Shown here piece after piece: positions 9,976 through 19,631 of a stretch of 64,000 bases of DNA (position 1 is its first letter; every line of letters begins with the position of its first letter). The notes under the pieces are model-generated. The model was not told where the DNA came from. It saw nothing but the letters and a program-made list of their open reading frames with translations, and ran no database searches. Made by a program: the position numbers and the translations under genes. Where the stretch lies: IMG/VR virus record IMGVR_UViG_3300044655_001100, positions 32,187 through 96,186 of that record; one strand, 5' to 3'. Source of the stretch: a virus.

Positions 9976-10215
9976 TTAATTGGCCTTTTTGGTTCTCTTT
10001 CTTGGTGCAGCTTTAGCGGTAGGCGCCTTAACTGGTGTGGGGGCTGGTACAGGAAGGCTTTTTAATCTTTCTATTTCTTGCTTTAGTTCCTGAATTTCTT
10101 CGTCTTGCGTAATGATTATACGAGCCGCCTCATCCATCGTTATCTGGGCTGAAGGTGGGATATAGCTTTTACCCCAGCTTTTCAGTTGCTCTATTAATAG
10201 TTCAAGATTTATCAT
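9976..10215 (-). CDS. Hypothetical protein
   Basis: ORF in operon context. Confidence 0.55.
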   Translation of the reverse strand: MINLELLIEQLKSWGKSYIPPSAQITMDEAARIIITQDEEIQELKQEIERLKSLPVPAPTPVKAPTAKAAPRKRTKKAN

Positions 10216-10217
10216 GG

Positions 10218-11024
10218 TCAGTTCCCCGCTGTTTCATAACGTCCCGTAAGCATATCATATTCCAATACGGTTGCCTTACCGGTATTCCAGTCAGTGCATG
10301 TCATTTCATCTGGCACGACCTCAACGGATCGGCAGATCTTTCTTTCAATAGCTATGTCATTTTTGGTGTATTGAATTGCGGAGACATACATCCCCTGCTT
10401 GTCCCAATAATATATGTTTATAGATGCCACGCCGTTTTTGAAATTGTATTTTTTTATGTTCAATTTCCCAAATTGGGAAGTTGAGGTATTGCCAGCCCAC
10501 TGCCAGTATTTAGCCCAATCAGCTTCCTTCTGCTCCTCTGGGGTCAGAGAAGGCTCTGGAGCCTCTGTAGGCTGTTGGGTGGGTGTATTGCCGTAATTGA
10601 CGTTAGCAGCCACTGTAGGGGCTTTGTAGGGCGTTTCATCACAATCTGGGATGCCTAATGATCGCAGATCGGAATAATTAAGGGTTGCCTCAGTGCTGTA
10701 GGAGGCTTGGATCTTGCCTTCGAGATGCTGTCTTATACGTGTTGGCAAATTGGCCAACATCCGATTGGTTACATCTGGACGTAATCTATGGGTATCTGGC
10801 TCATAGGCTTGGTGCCAAGCAACGATAGCCATCTCATCAACGCATACGTTAGGAACCGTCAGAGCTAGGGTGCAAGCTGATCGGCATTGACCCCTAATCT
10901 CTACCCGTATGCCTTTCTCACGATAATTGAAGGCGGCATCCTCATATTTATGAACGTAGCCCCCGTAATCTTTTGTGATCACAACGGGTGAGTTAACTGG
11001 TGGCACATCTAGAAACATTGGCAT
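10218..11024 (-). CDS. ClpP/crotonase-like domain protein
   Basis: DYGGYV...VEIRGQCRSACTL....NVCV...A..AWHQA. Confidence 0.65.
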   Translation of the reverse strand: MPMFLDVPPVNSPVVITKDYGGYVHKYEDAAFNYREKGIRVEIRGQCRSACTLALTVPNVCVDEMAIVAWHQAYEPDTHRLRPDVTNRMLANLPTRIRQHLEGKIQASYSTEATLNYSDLRSLGIPDCDETPYKAPTVAANVNYGNTPTQQPTEAPEPSLTPEEQKEADWAKYWQWAGNTSTSQFGKLNIKKYNFKNGVASINIYYWDKQGMYVSAIQYTKNDIAIERKICRSVEVVPDEMTCTDWNTGKATVLEYDMLTGRYETAGN

Positions 11025-11089
11025 AGGCGTAAATCCGATGGTTAGGTTAAGACCACCTATACATAGCGCATAATTAATAGAGCGTCAAT

Positions 11090-11389
11090 TCAGTGTTTTA
11101 AGTATTCTTTGGCAAACTTTTTTTCTTTTTTTTCTGCTTCTTCAGATTCTTGATAAGTAGCTTTGGCATGGTCGCAGATCCTGCTTAACATGCTCTCCAT
11201 TTCTTCTGGGTGGATGTATTTAAATAACGTAGATCCAACTAGCGTTCCTAAAACAAAAAACGCATCTTGATAGTGCGGATATAGCATATCAATAACGCTT
11301 TCAGTCGCCTCAGTAGCCAGCATGGTTTTCTGATATCTAGCTTTTAGCTCTGGTGAATTTGGATCAAACTCATCGTCATCAATATCCAT
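11090..11389 (-). CDS. Hypothetical protein
   Basis: AGGAGG RBS. Confidence 0.65.
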   Translation of the reverse strand: MDIDDDEFDPNSPELKARYQKTMLATEATESVIDMLYPHYQDAFFVLGTLVGSTLFKYIHPEEMESMLSRICDHAKATYQESEEAEKKEKKFAKEYLKH

Positions 11390-11574
11390 TTTCCCCTCCT
11401 AATAAAATTACTGGGTTTGCGAAATTTCACGGGTACTAGATGATCACCTAGTGGCTACCCGAATATCGCCTTGTAGCGCCTCAACGTCACACCCTAAATG
11501 TCAATAAAGGATGCTGTTTCACGCTCCCCCGTTGCCCAGTATCCGGTTGGGGGTCGGAGTCTGCCACTAGGTAT

Positions 11575-11961
11575 TCAGTAGAATCCACCGCAGCTACGGC
11601 CATAATAACCGCCATCACACTGCATATAGAAACCGCGAGGGCCGTAATAGTTGCCACCTTGATGAGGGAATTTTGCAATCCGGCCATCGCTGGCGCCACA
11701 AGCATAGCTTACATAATACCAAGTAATTGGCCCCGGCATTGCGTCTGCAAAAAACCCACCAGATTTACTATGTGAATCTAATATTTGATAGTTGCCTTTG
11801 CATGTTGCTCTAGCCTCTTGATAGCAATCGCTAGAACTTCCCTGGCAGCTTGTCTGATGGATCTGACGACCATCTGGCCCTTGTGCAGATTGTGTCTCAG
11901 CATAAGCGGCTCCAATCATAATCCAAATAAGAATTGCAAATACTAAAAATGCCAGTCTCAT
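11575..11961 (-). CDS. Secreted Cys-rich protein
   Basis: Signal peptide ending AYA; C....SDCYQEA...C...Y.IL. Confidence 0.7.
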   Translation of the reverse strand: MRLAFLVFAILIWIMIGAAYAETQSAQGPDGRQIHQTSCQGSSSDCYQEARATCKGNYQILDSHSKSGGFFADAMPGPITWYYVSYACGASDGRIAKFPHQGGNYYGPRGFYMQCDGGYYGRSCGGFY

Positions 11962-12024
11962 CGTAAACTCCGTTGGTAAATGGGTGGGATAACAGACCCC
12001 ACCCTATAGTTATTATACGTTATG

Positions 12025-12447
12025 TCAAGCTGAGAAATCGATGTTGTTGTTGGCCTTGGCATTGTTATTGTTGGTCTTAGCCGTTACCACATTTGTAGCT
12101 TCTGGGAGCTTGGCCAGCACTGGTGATGTCTCACGCAGCAATTCATCCTCAAGACCCTTCTCAAGGATATTAGAGATCCGGTCGATTACAGGACTTGTAG
12201 AGCCACCAACTGGCGCCAAAGAAGAGTGCTCACTGGTTGATGTCTCTGGGCCTTCGAGATGCTGGATAGCCGATTCTACGGCCATTTGAACCCGCATGTC
12301 ATTATCCCTAAATGGGCCATTGTATCCTATAGCATACAAAAGTTCACGAATAGCATTATTAATAATTGACTTTTGCCTAGCCTGTAGTGCCGGACCTGTT
12401 AAAGCACCATTGGTGACTGCCTTTAAGTTAGTTACGCTCAGCATCAT
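12025..12447 (-). CDS. Hypothetical protein
   Basis: AGGAG RBS. Confidence 0.6.
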   Translation of the reverse strand: MMLSVTNLKAVTNGALTGPALQARQKSIINNAIRELLYAIGYNGPFRDNDMRVQMAVESAIQHLEGPETSTSEHSSLAPVGGSTSPVIDRISNILEKGLEDELLRETSPVLAKLPEATNVVTAKTNNNNAKANNNIDFSA

Positions 12448-12597
12448 TTTTCTCCTTTATATGCACCGTTATTTTCTTTTTAGGGGCATTGGTGCGGCGC
12501 TCCCAAACCGGCGTGTTCCACCATTTCTTAAATGTTGGCCACACCTCAGCTACAAATGCCGCACAGCAAATCGCTGTTACAGCAATTCCAATCCAAA

Positions 12598-12912
12598 TCA
12601 TTGTGTATCCTCTATCCAATTCTTTAATGCCCCTTCGTAGCGGAACCATTGTCCTTGGTGTCTGTAATGCTCAAATGATTTTTCAATTTCACCCAATAAT
12701 TTTATTCCGCCTGGTATTTCTTTTATTATTGTAAGCTCAAAAGGGCAGTTAGATTGCAAATCTTTTAAAAACCATTTTGTGCTTGACGATCTGCAAAGCC
12801 TGACAAAGTTCTCACATTTAACAAATAATATTTTTTCGTTTACTAGCTGTCTCAATCGACGTTTTTTTGCATCACATATATCATCTTCCTCGTAGTTTAA
12901 TGAACTAAGCAT
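12598..12912 (-). CDS. Degenerate T5orf172/GIY-YIG-like domain protein
   Basis: LQSNCPFEL...F.HYR.QGQWF. Confidence 0.5.
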   Translation of the reverse strand: MLSSLNYEEDDICDAKKRRLRQLVNEKILFVKCENFVRLCRSSSTKWFLKDLQSNCPFELTIIKEIPGGIKLLGEIEKSFEHYRHQGQWFRYEGALKNWIEDTQ

Positions 12913-12921
12913 ACTAATCTC

Positions 12922-13278
12922 CTACTCAAACATTGGCTTTCTTGGCGGAAGTTCTAATTTTGGCTTTTTCTCTTTTTTAGCAAAACCTCTTGATTGTATT
13001 TTTTGTTTTGAGGGCGCCGCCCCTAAATGTTTGGCCTCTACTCTCTTTGCCTTGGCTATACGAGCCACATCATCTTTAGTCTTTTCAGAATGGCATGGGA
13101 GACATAGCAAGCGGCTATTTTCAAATGTGGGCTCTCCTAAAAGCCCGTCAGCCCTAATGTGATCAATCTGCCATTTCCGGCATGGAAGACCACAAAGATC
13201 ACAATAGGTGACACCATCCTTAGTCGCCGCTTTTATGCGCTCAACTATAATAGCTTTAGTAAAATTACGCCTTACCAT
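12922..13278 (-). CDS. HNH endonuclease
   Basis: CDLCG...IDHI....G...EN..LLC.PCH..KT..D. Confidence 0.88.
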   Translation of the reverse strand: MVRRNFTKAIIVERIKAATKDGVTYCDLCGLPCRKWQIDHIRADGLLGEPTFENSRLLCLPCHSEKTKDDVARIAKAKRVEAKHLGAAPSKQKIQSRGFAKKEKKPKLELPPRKPMFE

Positions 13279-13564
13279 ATTTAATCTTCATAGCTTTCAA
13301 TGCGTCATCTGTTCCATATGCTGGTGTAATTCTAACTGGGTCTTTAGAGCTTGGGCCTTGTGTTTCCCAAAACTTTAATGGTGCCCTATTAACTTCCAGT
13401 TCTTTCACCATAGACTCCGCTTCACTAATAAAAACACGAATTGAACTATTAGTGACTTCAGAGATCGTCAACTTATTCTTTTTTGTAAATGATTTAAGCT
13501 TTCGGGCCACGCTTGCCTCAAGACGGGTGCTAAACCCAACAAGCTTTGCTTTTCTTTTCTTCAT
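13265..13564 (-). CDS. Ribbon-helix-helix-like DNA-binding protein
   Basis: FSTRL...V..KL..F.......ISEV....I. Confidence 0.5.
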   Translation of the reverse strand: MKKRKAKLVGFSTRLEASVARKLKSFTKKNKLTISEVTNSSIRVFISEAESMVKELEVNRAPLKFWETQGPSSKDPVRITPAYGTDDALKAMKIKYGKA

Positions 13565-13902
13565 CCTATTCTCCGTTCAATTCTTGATGTTGCTTCACGG
13601 CTTACCTCTTCGCTAAACCGCATTCTTAAATAGTCTAATTGGACTTTGGCTTTGTTCGCTTTAGTCCTGGCGGTGACTGTATCTTCAACCAGCCGGAGCC
13701 AGTCGTCGGAGGCTTTAACTCTTGCTTCTGCTCTGGAGATTGGGATGTCACCGTGGTCTGCCATCCATTGTGAGAGGATACTACTTTTTGAGTCTTCGAG
13801 GAGTCGTGCTGCATGATCAAGATCAACCCATTCCTCTGCCGCTATCCGATAGAGTTCAGATAGCGGCATATCGTTTTTGTTAAGGTCAGATACCCCATTC
13901 AT
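13561..13902 (-). CDS. Helical recombination-module protein
   Basis: Position after the SSB-like gene; AEARVKAS..W motif. Confidence 0.55.
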   Translation of the reverse strand: MNGVSDLNKNDMPLSELYRIAAEEWVDLDHAARLLEDSKSSILSQWMADHGDIPISRAEARVKASDDWLRLVEDTVTARTKANKAKVQLDYLRMRFSEEVSREATSRIERRIG

Positions 13903-14128
13903 TATCGTCTCTGCTCACTTGTTTGGCAGGAGCACCGCCCATGCCTTGTGGCTCCGATACCGAAACGCTCAAGAACTTCTTGCCGGCTTTAGATGTCTTC
14001 TTCCAACCAGCAAGACGATACTCTTTGCCTTCGACATTTAACTTTCCTGTAAAGTCAGGTGATTTCTCTGTTTTCTTTTCGTCTACAGGGAAAAGAGTTC
14101 CGGTATTGGTGTTATCGTACTCAGCCAT
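13886..14128 (-). CDS. Small SSB-like protein (DUF736-like)
   Basis: GTLF....K..KSPDFTG.L.VEG.EY.LAGW......G..FLSVS; acidic tail. Confidence 0.75.
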   Translation of the reverse strand: MAEYDNTNTGTLFPVDEKKTEKSPDFTGKLNVEGKEYRLAGWKKTSKAGKKFLSVSVSEPQGMGGAPAKQVSRDDNEWGI

Positions 14129-14756
14129 TTACATGCTCCTTAAGTGCTGCTTCTACTTGGTTATAAACTTTAGTTACTTCCTGTACGTGTTCCTTGTGCA
14201 AAGAACGCTTTATGCTTCCATTTGCTTTTTTCCATGCTTCTAACTCATCGTTAGATGTAACTTCGTAAAGACTCTCAACAGCCTTATCCATTAGGTTCTT
14301 AGATTCAGTATCGCTTAAGACTTTAACCTGTGGCTTAACGTCTGGAAGAATATCTTTGTCATGGCTATCCGCATCCTTCTCGCCAGTAGGCACCTTGAAG
14401 ATAGCTCTCAAGAAATACTTCTCAGCATAGGACTGAGCCGAAGCATAAGCCTGTGGGCCAGAAGCTTTGACAGTCACTTGGCGATGGATAGGGCCATAGC
14501 TGTCACCCTCCTCGCTAACCAGATGCAGTTCATAATTAGCTGTCAGATAGCCCTTGTCTGTGACTACGCTAACCTCATCAATGATCACAAATATGCCAGC
14601 CTCAGCCATGATAGGGCCAAGAGCCTCATAAAAGCTGTCAACGGTTACATAGTTGTAGTTAGCAAATTCATTGCGTTTGTCATGGTGCAGCTTTTTGATA
14701 TTGCGCTTTACCGCAATGACCTTAACCGCAACGGTCTTTGGCATGGTTGGCATCAC
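14121..14756 (-). CDS. ERF-family single-strand annealing protein
   Basis: N.F.NYNY, QAYASAQSYAEKY.L..IF.VPTGE.DAD. Confidence 0.88.
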   Translation of the reverse strand: MMPTMPKTVAVKVIAVKRNIKKLHHDKRNEFANYNYVTVDSFYEALGPIMAEAGIFVIIDEVSVVTDKGYLTANYELHLVSEEGDSYGPIHRQVTVKASGPQAYASAQSYAEKYFLRAIFKVPTGEKDADSHDKDILPDVKPQVKVLSDTESKNLMDKAVESLYEVTSNDELEAWKKANGSIKRSLHKEHVQEVTKVYNQVEAALKEHVNG

Positions 14757-15400
14757 TTGACTCCTTCGATATGGTTGAATTTAGCGTTTTCGAGTTTCTT
14801 GATCTCTTCATCAACTTCTTTAAGGAAGTTAACAACGATCTCTTCCAACTGAGCGATAAACAAATCATCCCGCTCTATACGCTCAAGGTAGATGCGGTAT
14901 TGCTCTGGCAAGCGTGGATCAAACGACATAAAGTCACAAAACTTTCTGCCTGTACAAGCCATCTGCCATTGGACTTGAAAGTTATGGTCTTCCGGCATCT
15001 TGTTTTCACGCAATGTCAAAACATGCGTAACCGTAGTAGGGCATTTGATTTCCAAAAGTCCATCGGTTCCTACTAGACCATCGGGGGATGCCCCAGCACG
15101 TTCGATACGTGGATGTTTGACAAATGGCGCATCCGTAACATTGTCCCATACAATTTCACGATATGCTTCACGGGCCATTTCCTCAGTGTCAATGCCATGC
15201 TGCATAGCTTCTGACGTTGGTATCTTAATTGATACACCAGTGATAATCTCAGCGATTAGCTGGTTTTTATACGTCTCACGGGTTGCATAAAAGCTACCGT
15301 TCTTTTGCTTCTTAGCAATATCCTTAAGCTTAGATGCAGTTACCAAACCACGGCGCTGCTCAAACCATGCCGTACTGCGTTGTGCAATTTCGTTTTCCAT
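14753..15400 (-). CDS. YqaJ/lambda-type exonuclease
   Basis: QRS..WF..R.G..TAS, AMQHG...E, GASPDGLV...GLLEIKCP, QVQWQM. Confidence 0.93.
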   Translation of the reverse strand: MENEIAQRSTAWFEQRRGLVTASKLKDIAKKQKNGSFYATRETYKNQLIAEIITGVSIKIPTSEAMQHGIDTEEMAREAYREIVWDNVTDAPFVKHPRIERAGASPDGLVGTDGLLEIKCPTTVTHVLTLRENKMPEDHNFQVQWQMACTGRKFCDFMSFDPRLPEQYRIYLERIERDDLFIAQLEEIVVNFLKEVDEEIKKLENAKFNHIEGVK

Positions 15401-15411
15401 TACAATGCTCC

Positions 15412-15681
15412 TTAGAAATCTATCTCGTCTAAAGCCAGTTCTTCTTCTTCTTTAGTCATTGGCGTAATTACTGACTGAAATGCTGAGTTAAAAGCATTTA
15501 CACCATTGCGCAAAGCATTACGCAAAAGTTGATGGTCGGATGGATCTATTGCGGGAAATGTAACTCGAACTGAACCAAAATCTTTTGATTGATCAGTAAG
15601 ACTTAACGTAACGGAATAGCTATCTTCACTAAAAGATAACGAAAATGTTTTGTCTGAATACACGATTGTGTAGGGTCGCAT
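15412..15681 (-). CDS. Hypothetical protein
   Basis: GGAG RBS and upstream CTTGACA promoter. Confidence 0.6.
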   Translation of the reverse strand: MRPYTIVYSDKTFSLSFSEDSYSVTLSLTDQSKDFGSVRVTFPAIDPSDHQLLRNALRNGVNAFNSAFQSVITPMTKEEEELALDEIDF

Positions 15682-15737
15682 CAGTAAGCTCCGTTGTAAG
15701 CATGTTGTAAGATGTAAGATGATTACAACGTGTATAA

Positions 15738-16526
15738 TTAGGTGTCAAGGCGTTTTGTATAATATTCTTCGTGCTTCTTGATAGCCAACCCAATTATCTC
15801 TGGTATCTGAGGAACTACAGCATTTCCTAGGGCTCTAGTTCTGTCCATCCGGTTGGAAACCCCATGAGCCACTCGATGAATGGCGGGTTCACATGGCCAT
15901 CCCCCTTTTTCCATCCTACGGATAACGCTACTTGTGTACCTAGATGAGAAGACTTTTCTATCGGTCTGAGATCCCCCCGATGATTCTGATTCCGGCATGT
16001 CATCCCCATCACCGAATCCGATGCCTTGGGGGTAGGCCACAATCCAGACTCTCTCACGGATGTGCGGTGCGCCAATGCTGGCCGCCGATATGCTTTCCCA
16101 TTCTGCGTCATACCCGATCTCGGCCAAATCTCCGAGAACGGTGTCCATTCCTCTAGCAAGCAACCCTGGGACGTTTTCCACGATGACGTATCTGGGTCGT
16201 ATTTCGCTAATAAGTCTGGCGAATTCTGACCATAATCCGCTGCGCTTTCCTTCAATCCCATTTTTTGCGCCAGCTGTGCTAACGTCCTGGCACGGGAACC
16301 CCCCACAGATTGCCTCAACGGTGATTCCGTCTCTTCTAAGTTGCTCTCCTGAAATAGTGGTAACGTCTTCATAAAGCGGAACCTCTGGCCAATGCTTGGA
16401 TAAAACTTTTTTACAAAACGGATCTATTTCACAAAAGGCTACAGTCTGAAAAGCTTGGGACCTTTCGAGCCCCAAGCTAAACCCACCAATGCCAGAAAAT
16501 AAATCAAGCAGTTTTATAGGAGCCAT
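15738..16526 (-). CDS. C5 cytosine methyltransferase, alpha chain (lacks motif IX)
   Basis: LDLFSGIGG (I), GFPCQ (IV), ENV (VI), RERVW (VIII), LGNAVVPQ (X); ATG overlaps the ATPase stop (TGATG). Confidence 0.92.
   Translation of the reverse strand: MAPIKLLDLFSGIGGFSLGLERSQAFQTVAFCEIDPFCKKVLSKHWPEVPLYEDVTTISGEQLRRDGITVEAICGGFPCQDVSTAGAKNGIEGKRSGLWSEFARLISEIRPRYVIVENVPGLLARGMDTVLGDLAEIGYDAEWESISAASIGAPHIRERVWIVAYPQGIGFGDGDDMPESESSGGSQTDRKVFSSRYTSSVIRRMEKGGWPCEPAIHRVAHGVSNRMDRTRALGNAVVPQIPEIIGLAIKKHEEYYTKRLDT
15827..16372 (-). CDS. C5 methyltransferase beta chain, nested in an alternative frame
   Basis: WPTPKASD module and VNPPFIEWLMGFPTGWT (motif IX-like); GGAGG RBS. Confidence 0.8.
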   Translation of the reverse strand: MKTLPLFQESNLEETESPLRQSVGGSRARTLAQLAQKMGLKESAADYGQNSPDLLAKYDPDTSSWKTSQGCLLEEWTPFSEIWPRSGMTQNGKAYRRPALAHRTSVRESGLWPTPKASDSVMGMTCRNQNHRGDLRPIEKSSHLGTQVALSVGWKKGDGHVNPPFIEWLMGFPTGWTELEP

Positions 16527-18397
16527 CAAGATGCCTGTTTCAGTGATGTCACATTGTAGCGCGACATTTTTAACATGGCATCGCTCATCATATCTTCCCA
16601 AAATCCTGCCGATACGGACAAACTTTCTGGAGAATACCCTTTTTCAATCGAAGAGCTAGACCAAATACCTTCTATTTCATTGCTTCGTGCAGTTATCCAC
16701 GCACTACCAACTAAGTATTCAAATTGCTCTTTAATTTTTTCTCTTGCTGCTTCTCTCATTTCAGCTTGATCTGGGTATCCAGGGTAATGATTGCATAACG
16801 CTTCCCATGCATCATTAAACCATTTGTGATTTAGATTAAGATATAGCGTATTGTTTCCATCATAAGACGCAAACATACCGGCGCCAATTTTTGTTAGAAT
16901 ATCTTCCTCATCATCAAGCCATTGTGGGTCTGGCATAATGTAAAGATTTTCATCATATTTTATTTTACGTTGTCCTCTTTTAGCTATATTAATACGAATA
17001 GTATCGTTGTTTGGTGGGTTAGGGTTTGGTGGAGTTGGAGGTCTTGGTTTCCACGGCCTATGAATTCTAACACGTTCTGCGGTTTCATCATCGGAAGCTT
17101 CTTCTCCTTCCTTAGAAACTTGAGGGGTTGTTTTCTTTAATTTCAATCTGTCCAGCTTTTCCTGCAGGCGTTTTTTGGATTTCTCACTGGAAGATATGCT
17201 TTTGTCGTATTCCTTAATTTTATCCAATACCCATTGCGGTCTGTATTCCCACATAATCTCACTAAAATCTTCAAGCTTTACCTCCTCGTCTGGTTTATCC
17301 GTATAGGATAGAAATGAACGGTCGCTGCTTGAAGCAATATTAAGATAATTATCCGGCAACTCTACGATAACTGATATAAATCTCCAACCAAAACGAATCC
17401 CTAACTTATGGGCGCAATCAGACCATTTCTGTTTTGTAGTATTTGAGCGTAAGTCATAAAATTCGTTTTTATAAACAATGCCTCCACGACTGCCAAATGA
17501 AAACATATTGCCGTCTTCTGCCCTTGTTCCAGATCTATTGGGTGATTTTGGATCATGGAAAAAATGAATTTTAATTCCATCTTGGCATCTAACAATATCG
17601 TGTTTATCCCACCATGCAGATCCATCCTGCTTAATTCTATTATCCATAGCGGTCATAGTCCAGAATTGACGTGGACTCATCTCATCTGGTCTACTATGAG
17701 TTCCTTGGTGAAAACGTATTTCCGCATTCTCTGGTATTCTAAAATAACGATTGAATAAATATAGGCCAAGCCAAAGCTGATCTTCTTTTACTTTTGGATC
17801 ATAGGGATAAAAACAAGTATTTTGATTATACTCGTTACCAAATAGCGTCACTTCCGTCCATTCATCTTCTGTAGAATAGCGACCTTCTTGAGCAACGATA
17901 TCAGTAACATCATCAATTGTATCAGTTGTTCCATCTTCATATTGGTATTTCATTCTTCCATATGTTTTACCGTCATCTGAAAGCTTTAATATTGTTTCAT
18001 GTACAGAACCTTGTCGGCATGATCGTATTCTAAGACCTTTTTTATTTGATTTAAGAGAGGCTATCTTGGCGCCAATTCCATAATTATCCGTGAGAGATCT
18101 AATTTTATTTAACACTACTGAAAGATCTGACATTAAATGTAGATCTTTTCGGCTCATGCCTGGCCCATTATTCCAGATGGAAAGTTTAGGGGCATCCCCT
18201 AATTCTGGAATAAATGTAGGATAAAATCTTATAAATCCTTTTCCAGAAACGTCTTGAGTAGAAGCCTCAATTGCGTTTTGAGTTAACTCTCGCATCATCA
18301 TACCGGACGGGCATTTTTCAATGTCGCGATAAATGGAAAATTCTTCGCCACCATCAGAAGCGTATTTTAGTGGATCAACATCATTGTATGATGCCAT
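16526..18397 (-). CDS. GHKL (MORC/Hsp90-like) ATPase
   Basis: RELTQNAIEA, NNGPGM, YGIGAKIA; Pro-rich linker; LYLNLNHKWF. Confidence 0.8.
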   Translation of the reverse strand: MASYNDVDPLKYASDGGEEFSIYRDIEKCPSGMMMRELTQNAIEASTQDVSGKGFIRFYPTFIPELGDAPKLSIWNNGPGMSRKDLHLMSDLSVVLNKIRSLTDNYGIGAKIASLKSNKKGLRIRSCRQGSVHETILKLSDDGKTYGRMKYQYEDGTTDTIDDVTDIVAQEGRYSTEDEWTEVTLFGNEYNQNTCFYPYDPKVKEDQLWLGLYLFNRYFRIPENAEIRFHQGTHSRPDEMSPRQFWTMTAMDNRIKQDGSAWWDKHDIVRCQDGIKIHFFHDPKSPNRSGTRAEDGNMFSFGSRGGIVYKNEFYDLRSNTTKQKWSDCAHKLGIRFGWRFISVIVELPDNYLNIASSSDRSFLSYTDKPDEEVKLEDFSEIMWEYRPQWVLDKIKEYDKSISSSEKSKKRLQEKLDRLKLKKTTPQVSKEGEEASDDETAERVRIHRPWKPRPPTPPNPNPPNNDTIRINIAKRGQRKIKYDENLYIMPDPQWLDDEEDILTKIGAGMFASYDGNNTLYLNLNHKWFNDAWEALCNHYPGYPDQAEMREAAREKIKEQFEYLVGSAWITARSNEIEGIWSSSSIEKGYSPESLSVSAGFWEDMMSDAMLKMSRYNVTSLKQAS

Positions 18398-18677
18398 TTT
18401 ATATTCCTTTTTTTTGATTGGCTTGAAAATAAACGGGTTGTGATATTTCTTGAGAAATCATTGCACCAACCCCGTAATTTTGTTTTTTATTTAATTTACC
18501 CAACCAACTAATTGGGTCGTACATCAGTTTTCTTTTTTTGTTCTTTGAACAATTCACATCAACCCCCTTTTGTAGACGAACTTCATGCCGATATACGATA
18601 TGCATAGATTAGCGTCAATATGCAGAATGGATAATTATTCTGTTGCGTGATTATTCTACATAGTGTAATGAAGGAAA

Positions 18678-18878
18678 ATGAGCAGGAAACCTTTAGAAAT
18701 CAGATACACCACTCCAGAAATGGAGCGTTTAGCGTTCTCACTTGGGGCGTATAAAGTCACTGTATGGAGCTGGCGGCGCCGTGGGGTGCCTTTGGCATGG
18801 CAGATCAAACTGCACCAAGCAAGCAAGGGAAGCATCAAGCTTACCGATTTCGAACGTCCTACACATAAGGTCAATTAA
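18678..18878 (+). CDS. Cro-like HTH regulator
   Basis: LA..LG....TV.SWRRRGVP..W...L...S.G.I; first gene right of the divergence point. Confidence 0.75.
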   Translation: MSRKPLEIRYTTPEMERLAFSLGAYKVTVWSWRRRGVPLAWQIKLHQASKGSIKLTDFERPTHKVN

Positions 18879-18882
18879 TATC

Positions 18883-19113
18883 ATGGACGATCTCGAATCC
18901 TCTGCTTTTGCTTTTTGTTCTCATTTGTCAAAAACAATACCCGATTGGGTTATTGAAATGACTAACATTCTTGTGGCGATGAAAGACAAAATCCCGTCAA
19001 CTCCCACTGAAAGATTTAATATCTATAAAAATAACAATATCCCCGAAGTGATTTATATTTCCTTTGATCGTGAAGCCACAGAAAAGGCATTAGCACGTAT
19101 CCATGCGCATTGA
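18883..19113 (+). CDS. Hypothetical protein
   Basis: ORF in operon context. Confidence 0.5.
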   Translation: MDDLESSAFAFCSHLSKTIPDWVIEMTNILVAMKDKIPSTPTERFNIYKNNNIPEVIYISFDREATEKALARIHAH

Positions 19114-19309
19114 TGTTTCCGAAACGACGGATAGATTTTGTGACTCTTGTGGTGAATACGCCATGCTCGGCGTGGGAAGAAAAAAACCATATAAGAAAAA
19201 CCCAGAGGGCGTTGAGAAGTGGTTTTGCGAAGTTTGTTTTGATCTTTACATAGGACCTACAGACGATGGCGGGGATCAGGATACAGCACGAAGCGAGGGT
19301 TCAGCGTGA
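19103..19309 (+). CDS. Small zinc-finger protein
   Basis: CDSC...WFCEVC. Confidence 0.6.
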   Translation: MRIDVSETTDRFCDSCGEYAMLGVGRKKPYKKNPEGVEKWFCEVCFDLYIGPTDDGGDQDTARSEGSA

Positions 19310-19631
19310 AATCGTTAACTACATTCGTACAGTGGCTCCAGACTGCATGGTATTTGCCATCCCAAACGGCTCCCAAAGAACCGCCACAGGGCGCCCAGCT
19401 AATGCGGTTGTGGGCTTTACTGCAGGCGCACCGGATCTGGTGGTAGTTATTCCAGGCGGAAGGGTTCTGTGGCTAGAGGTTAAAGCTGACAAGGGACGTG
19501 TAAGCGATGCCCAGCTTGCCTTTCATTTACAACTGCAAGCAAGAGGCCATGACGTTGCGGTAGTTAGATCAATTGATGAAGTAAGAAATGCCTTTCGTGT
19601 TCTTGATATTAAAACAAGGGAAATCCTATGA
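19266..19631 (+). CDS. VRR-NUC nuclease
   Basis: E..VQ..I, FAIPNG, GAPDL, WLEVK...GR.S..Q. Confidence 0.9.
   Translation: MAGIRIQHEARVQREIVNYIRTVAPDCMVFAIPNGSQRTATGRPANAVVGFTAGAPDLVVVIPGGRVLWLEVKADKGRVSDAQLAFHLQLQARGHDVAVVRSIDEVRNAFRVLDIKTREIL

Noticed and set aside
16527-16601. N-terminal extension of the C5 MTase
   Set aside because: Overlaps the ATPase; TGATG coupling and motif I place the start at 16526
18399-18605. cI-type repressor opposite the cro-like gene
   Set aside because: The ORF has no HTH or peptidase motif and overlaps the promoter
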